Assembly (NCBI GenBank): GCA_951406725.2
Contig: OX597820.1
Location: 39,618,001 to 39,682,000, forward strand
Reading direction: 5' to 3'
Origin: Octopus vulgaris
Taxonomy: Eukaryota
Length of the DNA: 64,000 nucleotides
Both the position numbers and the translations under genes were made by a program. Every line of letters begins with the position of its first letter. The first letter of the stretch is position 1. Shown piece by piece: positions 55,770-64,000 of the stretch. The notes under the pieces are model-generated. The model was not told where the DNA came from, ran no database searches, and was given only the letters and a program-made list of their open reading frames with translations.

Positions 55770-56570
55770 TGAGATAGTAGATCTGAAAAATAAAAAGCAG
55801 TACATTGCAGCAAAGACATGGTTTCAAGAGTTGGTGTTGATCACAAAACAGTCTATAATGTCATGAAACGCTACAGTGAGACAGGTTCAGTCGACAGCAA
55901 GCCCATTCCTGGTCGAAAATAATCCGTAAGGAAGCAATTGGTGGATGTTGCCCGAAAGAGAGTGTTGCGAAATGCACAGCGGAGCACGAGGCAAATGGCT
56001 AAATGTCTCGATATTTCCAAGACAACCATGTGACAGGTCGTGCACGTAGATTTAAATTGTAAGTCCTTAAAATTGCAACTTCGACACCCGATTTCAGCCG
56101 CTGCCAAAGCAATTCGACTGGACACGTGCAAGAAAATGGCAGATGCGATTCAAAGCACCGGTGACAATGTCATCATCTAGTCGGACAAACAGATATTCAC
56201 TGTGAAGGCTGTGGAGAACACTCAAAATGACAGGATTTTGGCAACGAGGTCGGTTGTTGTTGCCGAAGGCGCTCGTCAGGTGCTTTGCCGGATGAAACCC
56301 GCCAGAATAATGATTTGAACGGTAGTGTCATCCGATGGTGGAAAATTTTTTCTGATCTTTATTAAAGAGGGGACGAAGATAAATTTACATGAAAATGTTG
56401 GAGGATAACTGAAGCGCTTGGAAATAATTACGTGTTCACGCAAGATGGCACTTCTCATACGTCCAATGCACCACAATAGAAGCTATTTCAGCGGATTTTG
56501 GGACAAGAATGTGTGGTCCTTCTTCAACCCAGACATCAAACCTATGGACTTCGATATTTGGCCCATGAGA
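55770..56570 (+). mobile_element. Decayed maT/DD37D-like transposase relic
   Basis: KTVYNVMKRYSETGSV..PGRK, II*SDKQIFTV..NTQNDRI, QDGTSHT and FWDKNVWSFFNPDIKPMDFDIW. Confidence 0.8.
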
Positions 56571-56584
56571 ATTTCCTACAAAAA

Positions 56585-57055
56585 TAACCCCAAGATTCCG
56601 AGTTCGATTCCAAGCAGTGACCTGAACAATAATAATAATGATAATAATAATAATAATAATAATAACATCTAAGAATACCTTAGAAATGAGAACCTAGGTT
56701 CGAAATTTCCCCAAGATACCTGGAGAAGGCTGGAAGGTATATCAGCCGAAACGTTGTGTTAACAACAAACAAGATGAGGACAAATAATTCTTTATTAACC
56801 ACAAGGGGCTAAACATAGAGTGGACAAACAAGGACAGACAAACGGATTAAATCGATTATATCGACCCCAGTGCGTAACTGGTACTTAATTTATCGACCCC
56901 GAAAGGATGAAAAGCAAAGTCGACCTCGGCGGAATTTGAAATCAGAACGTAGCGGCAGACGAAATACCGCTAGGCATTTCGCCCGGCGTGCTAACGATTC
57001 TGCCAGCTCGCCGCCAAGATGAAGACAAATATCCGTCGAATGTAAATAATGTAAA
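56585..57055 (+). mobile_element. SINE family C, third copy (5' truncated), interrupted by a family D SINE
   Basis: taaccccaagattccgagttcgattccaagcagtgacctgaac(aat)n..gatacCTGGAGAaggctgg..cagccGAAACGTTgtgtt; resumes at 57015 with atccgtcgaatgtaaataatgt. Confidence 0.92.
56787..57014 (-). mobile_element. SINE family D (tRNA head; central domain resembling Meta/MESC type, from memory), with 17-bp TSD
   Basis: Minus strand ggcggcgagctggcagaatcgttag..ttcaaattccgccgaggtcgactttgcttttcatcctttcggggtcgataaa..aataaagaat; flanked by caagatga(g/a)gacaaata at 56770-56786 and 57015-57031. Confidence 0.92.
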
Positions 57056-57087
57056 AATATCACCGTTCTGAAGAGAGTTGCATCATA

Positions 57088-57500
57088 GGCGCAGGAGTGA
57101 CTATGTGGTAAGTAGCTTGTTTACCAACCACATGTTTCCGGGTTCAGTCCCACTGCGTGGCACCTTGCGCAAGTGTCTTCTACTATAGCCTCGGGCCGAC
57201 CAAAGCCTTGTGAGTGGATTTGGTAGACGGAAACTGAAAGAAGCCCGTCGTATATATGTATATATATATATATATGTGTGTGCGTGTATGTTTGTGTGTC
57301 TGTATTTGTCCCCCTACCATTGCTTAACAACCGATGCTGGTGTGTTTACGTCCCCGTCTCTTAGCGGTTCGGCAAAAGAGACCGATAGAATAAGTACTGA
57401 GCTTACAAAAAATAAGTCCCGGGGTCGATTTGCTCGATTAAAGGCGGTGCTCCAGCATGGCCGCAGTCAAATGACTGAAACAAGTAAAAGAGTAAAGAGT
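57088..57500 (+). mobile_element. SINE family A, full-length copy
   Basis: tRNA-like head ggcgcaggagtgactatgtggtaag..gggttcagtccc, CORE-like caccttg.gcaagtgtc, internal (TA)(TG) tract and tail aagtaaaagagtaaagag. Confidence 0.95.
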
Positions 57501-57857
57501 ATAGGATCATTTAAGTCGTCCGGCGTGCGTGTGATTCTGTACTCGGCTGTCTACGTGCGACTGCGAAGGCGAAAGGCGGACATATTGAATGAAACGTATC
57601 TTGATATGTTACATGACCTTATATCCTATTTCCTTATATCCTAAAGAACTCGTGTTTTTATGCCGTTTGCTAAAAATTATGGCTAAAAATCTACCGGGAA
57701 TTCTTTACGGCGCTCTGTGTATTGTCCTACATGTGTAGAACAGTGAACTGGAAAACGTCGATTATCTTAAATTATCAATGTAGCTAGTAATCAAAACTTC
57801 CCCGATAGGTATTTAAAACATGAACACAATCACCACGTATAATTCTAATACTGTGAA

Positions 57858-58200
57858 GGCGCATGGCTCAGTGGTTAGAGCGTCGAGCTTACGATCGTGA
57901 GGTTGTGAGCTCGAATCCCGGACCGGGCTGCGTGTTGTGCTCCTGAGCAAGACACTTTATTTCACATTGCTCCAGTTCACTCAGCTGTAGAAATGAGTTG
58001 CGACGTCACAGGTGCCAAGCTGTATCGGCCTTTACCTTTCCTTTGGATAACACTGGTGGCGTGGAGAGGGGAGGCCGGTATGCATGGGTGACTGCTGGCC
58101 TTCCATAAACAATCTTGCTCGGACTTGTGCCTGGAGAGTGGGGGGGGTAACCTTCTAGGTTGCAATCCCATGGTTTGTGTCGTGACCGAAAGGGGGTCTC
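57858..58200 (+). mobile_element. SINE family B, full-length copy
   Basis: ggcgcatggctcagtggttagagcg (A box)..gagctcgaatccc (B box)..gagcaagacactttatttcac..cgtgaccgaaagggggtctc. Confidence 0.92.
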
Positions 58201-58899
58201 AATAATTCTAATAAAATCCACTAACCGAAAAATTTTGGATAACACAGACAACGCAGAATAATGTGGAGTTTAGGTATTACACCCACTGATGGAAGTAGCA
58301 CACCTATTTCAGCCTTATTAGCTCTCCTCAGTGATACATATTCTTTTTTGTTGACAAAAATGAACAGTGTACAGTTAAAAAAATATAGACCAGTGACTTT
58401 GATTCTGTTTTATTTTCATCCTTATACGTTCTTCGATAGTCTTTCAGCCTTTGATTTCTGTTTTTGTATTTGTGGAAGCATCCTGATATCCTGTGTGTTT
58501 GTATGAATTACTGTACTGATTGGTTACTTGTCTTACTACAGTAAGCAGTAGTTTTCATATTGCTGATGATTGTTATGATCAAGTTGATAGGGTTAGACAA
58601 AATGGCCATATTGATAGTATGGTAGTTGTCGGTGTTGTTATTTACAACTAACTTACTTCTAAGCATAGAAGCCTATACTCATAAGCGTTCCACCCTTGAC
58701 ATCCTATCGTTCAAGAAGCATAAACGCATTTCTGACTTCTATATTGAAAACACTGTGACCTTATACTTTTAAAGATGGCAGGGTATGATTCATTTGATGG
58801 TAATTTGTATGCTATTTCTCATCATCATCATCCTCATCATCATCGTCGTTGTCTTCGTTGTCATCATCATCATCATCATCATCGTCGTTGTCTTCGTTG

Positions 58900-58938
<39 letters not shown>

Positions 58939-61450
58939 CTGTCATCATCATGATGTTTGACCTTAACCCCCGACGTCAATCTGAAAACTAATGCTTCCAG
59001 TAAAATAAGAACTCAAAACGTTCTCAGGAAATGATGCTATCACAAATGCACGGGGACACAGACACAAGCACGCAAACAGAACAAGTGGTCGTGGGACAAA
59101 GAATCAATGTTTCGTAGAACCGAGAAAGTAAACATAATCAGCATCACTGTATTCCTTCTATTTCCTATTGATCGCTTTTAACAGCAGGTCAGGCGATCAC
59201 GCAGCAGCAGCAGCAGCAGTAGCAGCAGCTCCACTCCACTCGTTGGTGCGTTTGATGTTCATGTTCAGTGGAGTGTGTGACATTGCAGTTGGTATCAATG
59301 TCGATGGATTTCTTGGTGATCAGTGGTGTTGGAGGATAGCGATAAGTGGATGTTGCTATTGTTGCTGTTGTTGTTGTTGTTGTTGCTGTAGTACTTGTTG
59401 TTGTTGCTGTTTGTTGCTGGCTATAAGTCATCCTTAATAAAAGAAACAAAAAATAACCAACGGTGTCCCAGTCATAGTCATTTAATTATTTTCTTTCAGG
59501 CATAAGGGTACCTTCGACTACGTCATCTGATATATACAGTTTTAAAATGGTTGGATATTATTATTTAGCTGCTATTTCTCGCAAGTCAACAGATCAGTGA
59601 AGGCTTACGGCCCATTCCCTCTTTTAGTGTATCTTTGGCGAACATATCATTATGTTTTCAGGAGAGCTGTAAGTCGGTCGAAGGTGATGTTGCTGCTATT
59701 TCTATAAGGTCAAGCGAATACAATGGTTAAAACTGCCCGAAATCTTTTCGTATTTTAAGAAAGAGGGACATAGTTTAGGGAGATTTAACTACTATTTCTA
59801 TAAGGTTGAAGAATTACAATGGCTAAAATAATATATGAGGTTTTGTTAAAAAAAAAAGCAGGGATTTAATCTGAGGGAGATTTGGCTGTCAATTTTAGAA
59901 AGTTGGGATTTCCTCGATGGTTCGTTGCGGAAATGGTTTTATTTGTGTCTGTTTTTATCGTTGTTGTTGTTGGGGGTAATAAAGAGCGACGTCAAATAAG
60001 TAGAGTTGTGAGTTCAAATCCAGCCAAAACGAATTTTATCTTTCATTCTTTCGCGGTTGATAAAATAAGATACCAATAAAGTACAAGGTCGAAGTGTCAA
60101 CGAACTCAATCACGAATTTGTTAGCCTTATTATGCCAGACGGAGAAACAGTTATTAGTGCTGTATTCATAGAAGTTAATCGTCGTAGTGATAGTAAAGAG
60201 AAATAGCGTTGGTGGCAATGTCTTGCTATTGCTATTAGTGGTGTTGTTAGGTTTGGTGATGATATTGTTGGTGGTTTTCATGTATTGGTGTAGACAGTGC
60301 CGGTGGTACTGAAGATGGTGTTCAACAGAAATTCTAATAAAGAAGACGATGGGGGAAAGATACAAATCGGAACAGAACGATACGGAAATTAATGCACAAA
60401 ACTCGTCCTCGTTGAGCAGTAGAGGCCACACTTTTTATAACACAAGGTAATGGAAGTTTTCTATTGATGCTCCTGTTGTTGTTGTTGTTGCTGCTGCTGC
60501 TGTTGTTGTTTTGTTGTCGTTGTTGTTGTTGTTTTCATCATTGCTACAATTGATGTTGTTGCTGTTGGTTGGTGTTTCTTTGACTACTCAAGCAAAGAAT
60601 AGTCGTAATGAGGAAGAGCTGGAAGAAAACCACCCCAGCATTGCAAGCGGCTTATTTGATGGAATTATTTGACGGAATCTGTCAAGAGGAAGTTTGAATG
60701 GCTTAGAATCTGTTAGTTCTTTAGGTAGCTTCAGGGAAAAGAGATAATGTTAAAATAGTGCTTCTCCAATCGAAGTGAATAAACATTGTGATAAATAATA
60801 TTTATGTGTTAAGAGGTAGATTTCTTTAAATGTTTGCTAAGGATAGATGCTACAGGCTCTAACTTTGATGAAATCTGAAGAAGACATGGTAGATAGGCAT
60901 CGTTTGGATAAAGTTTGGGATAAATCATTTGGATAATGTTTCTTTGTTTGCTTGTGTATTTATTTGCTTTCTTTCTCTTATAGCTACGTTCTCTTACACA
61001 TGCGCTGTACGTTGAATAATGCTTTAACTTTGACCGTTGATTTTTATCGTGATCGAGTTCTGCCTTAACTTTAATTCTTATTATTCTGTTGTGGTGCATA
61101 ATAACTAGAGAGGCGGGGAAATAAGGGATCGCTAAAACATACAAAAGAAACAAATAAATAAATATATAAACAAAATAAACGGTTAAGATTTAGCAATGAC
61201 AAGACTGTCCTATTGTTCAAGAGTCACGCGCGTTCTATTTGCGTTAAATTAGCATAACAACATCTGAATAAGAAGAATTTCCTGCGTAGAGTTGCGAGGG
61301 AAAGAACAGAAGTTTTTAGACAAAATACACACACACACACACGTGTGAGGTCTACTTTATAATTTATATGAGTAGAAATTTTGACTTCAAATCTTAACAC
61401 AAAACCAGAAATTTCAATTCGAAAATTTATAATATCGAACCCAGAGTTCA

Positions 61451-61588
61451 GCTGATACTTATTTTATAGACCCCGAAAGGATGAATGGCAAAATTAACGT
61501 TGGTGGTATTTGAACTCAGCACATGCAGACGGATGAAATGCCGCAAAGTATTTTCGCCGGCATGCTTAACGCTTCTGCCAGCTCACCG
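61451..61588 (-). mobile_element. SINE family D, degenerate copy
   Basis: gaccccgaaaggatgaa..tttgaactcag..ttctgccagctcaccg matches 56880-57014. Confidence 0.85.
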
Positions 61589-61622
61589 ACATATGTAAAT
61601 AGAAATATTTCCTTCAAACATA

Positions 61623-62915
61623 CGAGGGGCGTTCAATAAGTAATGCTCCTGACCCACTTCCCATAGCAGTAGAGCAACGAAACTTGGCACAGTTATTAGT
61701 CTTTTTCTACATAGGAACCATCCAGAGTTACGCATTTCTCCCATCGTTTGAGGCAGCGCTGGAAGCCGTTTTTATAGAAGACCCCAGCTTGGTCCTCCAA
61801 CCGCGACGTGACTTTAGAAATCAAGGCTGCATCATCTGTGAAATGCTTTCCTTTCAAAAACAACTTCATGGCTGGGAAAAGGTGAAAATCAGAGGGTGCA
61901 AGGTCAGGATCGTAGGGGGGATGGGGGAGGAGTTCATAGCAGCACGCCTGTGCTTCTGATCTGGCGACACGCGAGATGTGGACCAGAGCGTTGTCCTGCA
62001 GGAGGAGGATGCCTTTGCTGATCTTGCCCCACCTCTTGATTTTGATAGCTTCTCTTAATTTCCTCAAAAGTGAAGCATAATAGGCTCCTGTAATTGTGGT
62101 ACCCTTTGCCAGGAAATCTGTCATCACTACTTCGTCCTGGTCCCAGAAGACTGTGAGCATGACCTTGCCAGCGGAGGGCTGCACCCTTGCCTTCTTTGGA
62201 GGAGGTGAGTCACGGTGCTTCCACTGCATTGACTGGGCTTTGGTCTCTGAATCATAGTGATGGACCCAGGTTTCATCCTGTGTAATCAGTCTTTTGAAAA
62301 ATTTTGACTCATCTTCTTGGCACATCTCCAAATTCATCCTCGAGCACTGGACGCGTTCTTGCTTCTGGAAAGGCGTGAGCAACCTGGGAATCCATCTGGC
62401 AGACACCTTTTGCATATGCAAATGGTCATGAATGATAGTTTCCACAGACCCGGTACTAATCTTGACCTCATGGGCTATTTGGCGAATAGTTATGCGTCGA
62501 TCTTCCAAAATGGCAGCCTCAACTTGACGGACAGGTGCCTCATCAATGGCAGAAGGGGGGTGACCAGATCTGGGAGCTGTTTCCACAGAGTTCCGACCAT
62601 GTTTGAATTCACGATGCCAGCGTTTTACAAGGTCATATGATGGGGCATCATCACCATAAGTTACTTTCATTTCATCAAAAGTCTCCTGTGGTGTGCGTCC
62701 TTTCAAATACAAAAACCGGATCACTGCTCGACATTCAACAGATTCCATTTCACACTTGACTCAGTTCAAACACCTGTAAATCAGAAACCACAATTAGCTT
62801 AGAGCTGTAATTTGCCACTTAATCCATAGAGATATAAATAATTGCACATGCTAAATTTCAGCTAGATCAAACAAATGCAAGTGGGTCAGAGACATTACTT
62901 ATTGAACGTCTCTCG
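61623..62915 (-). mobile_element. Full-length mariner transposon (~1.29 kb), probably irritans subfamily, TA TSD
   Basis: TA|cgaggggcgttcaataagtaatgctcctgacccactt ... aagtgggtcagagacattacttattgaacgtctctcg|TA: ~37-bp imperfect TIRs enclosing a single ORF. Confidence 0.97.
61696..62748 (-). CDS. Mariner DD34D transposase, 350 aa, open reading frame intact
   Basis: Two HTH regions, WIPRLL linker, TQDETW (D1), LQDNA (D2) and YDPDLAPSD (D3); I counted 34 residues between D2 and D3. Confidence 0.95.
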   Translation of the reverse strand: MESVECRAVIRFLYLKGRTPQETFDEMKVTYGDDAPSYDLVKRWHREFKHGRNSVETAPRSGHPPSAIDEAPVRQVEAAILEDRRITIRQIAHEVKISTGSVETIIHDHLHMQKVSARWIPRLLTPFQKQERVQCSRMNLEMCQEDESKFFKRLITQDETWVHHYDSETKAQSMQWKHRDSPPPKKARVQPSAGKVMLTVFWDQDEVVMTDFLAKGTTITGAYYASLLRKLREAIKIKRWGKISKGILLLQDNALVHISRVARSEAQACCYELLPHPPYDPDLAPSDFHLFPAMKLFLKGKHFTDDAALISKVTSRLEDQAGVFYKNGFQRCLKRWEKCVTLDGSYVEKD

Positions 62916-62939
62916 TATCAATATACTAATGTAACTAAC

Positions 62940-63014
62940 GGGGATGTAGCTAACGGGGATGTAGAGCGTTAGCTTTGATCTGAAATGCCACGGGTTCGAT
63001 TCCCAGCATCTCCA
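62940..63014 (+). pseudogene. tRNA-Ala-like pseudogene
   Basis: GGGGATGTAGCT..GTAGAGCG..GCTTTG..CGGGTTCGATTCCCAGCATCTCCA. Acceptor stem GGGGATG/CATCTCC and T-loop are intact; the D-arm is disrupted by a taacggggatgtag duplication and the anticodon arm is decayed. Confidence 0.7.
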
Positions 63015-63102
63015 CACAGCATGTTTCTTTGGGTATTCTTTTTAAATGGCGGTGCCACAGTATAGTCACAGCCTTTAGTTTGAAACAGATAAAGGATATA
63101 CA

Positions 63103-63285
63103 TGATAGATCGTTAGCCACTACACACATTTTTTTCTCTCCTTGTTTTTTCTGTGTCCCTTTCTGTAGGAGAGCGTAGGCTCGAAACGTAAAAGACTTTT
63201 TCTATTCCTAAGCGTTATACTAATACATCTGTTTGTTTTGTACACCACCTGTCTTCGTCTTTTGTTTTTTTCGTAAACTCTCCCT
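63103..63285 (+). mobile_element. Short interspersed repeat with hammerhead-like motif (Penelope-type terminal repeat)
   Basis: CTTT-ctgtagga-GAGC gtag GCTC-GAAA-CGTA-AAAG at 63159-63194, followed by a T-rich tail ending in (TA)n. Confidence 0.55.
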
Positions 63286-63434
63286 ATATATATATATATA
63301 TATATATGAAAACCCCACTAGAATGGGAGATAGCGCTAATGATCTGAATGATATGATATATATATATAAAAAGTGTAATATATAAATAAATATCTATAAA
63401 TATGAACCATCCGATCTTCTGATTACCTCATTTC

Positions 63435-63470
<36 letters not shown>

Positions 63471-63471
<1 letters not shown>

Positions 63472-63841
63472 CGTGGCACTCCGTCGGTTAGGACGACGGG
63501 GGTTCCAGTTGATCCGACCAATGGAACAGCCTGCTCGTGAAATATACTGAGCACTCCACAGACACGTCTACCCTTAACGTAGTTCTTGGGGAGATTCAGC
63601 GTGACACAGTGTATGACAAGGTTGGCCCTTTGAAATACAAGTACAACAGAAAAAGGAGGAAAGAGTGAGGGAAAGTAGTAGTAAAAGAGTACAGCAGGAT
63701 TCACCACCACCCTCTGCCGGAGTTCGTGGAGCTTTAGGTATTTTCGCTCAATAAACACTCACAACACTAGGTGTAGGAATCGAAACCGCGATCCTACGAC
63801 CACGAATCCGCTGCCTTAACCGCTGGGCCACTGCGCCTCCA
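63471..63841 (-). mobile_element. SINE family E (tRNA-derived head)
   Basis: Minus strand ggaggcgcagtggcccagcggttaaggcagcg..ggtttcgattcc (A/B boxes). A partial opposite-strand copy (cctgctgtactcttt) begins at ~63937. Confidence 0.85.
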
Positions 63842-63900
63842 CTGCGTATGTGCACACACACACACACACATACAGACACACACACAGACACACACACACA

Positions 63901-63935
<35 letters not shown>

Positions 63936-64000
63936 CATCCGGCAACCCTGCTGTACTCTTTCACCACAACTTTCACTCTTTCTTCTTGTTTCTGTTGTAC

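Noticed and set aside
61684-62640. Plus-strand ORFs 61684-61959 and 62317-62640
   Set aside because: Antisense shadows of the mariner transposase.

Overview
This is AT-rich, microsatellite-saturated animal DNA. The repeat families match my recollection of Octopus (coleoid cephalopod) genomes, which is an inference. I cannot support any host protein-coding gene, so the window reads as intronic or intergenic, and almost all ORFs in the track are translated simple repeats. The recognisable content is mobile DNA: one full-length DD34D mariner with an open 350-aa ORF (61623-62915), several deleted or rearranged mariner and DD37D (maT)-type elements, Helitron derivatives, CR1/L2- and RTE-type LINE fragments, Penelope-like remnants, about five tRNA-derived SINE families and a tRNA-Ala pseudogene. 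The most interesting signal is a tRNA-headed SINE carrying a minimal hammerhead ribozyme with a palindromic ACGU stem III. It occurs as a head-to-head inverted pair at 24.0-24.7 kb and as a third copy at 56.6-57.05 kb, and may be a Penelope-mobilised, self-cleaving Pol III SINE. Degenerate hammerhead motifs from about five other repeat families are scattered through the window.
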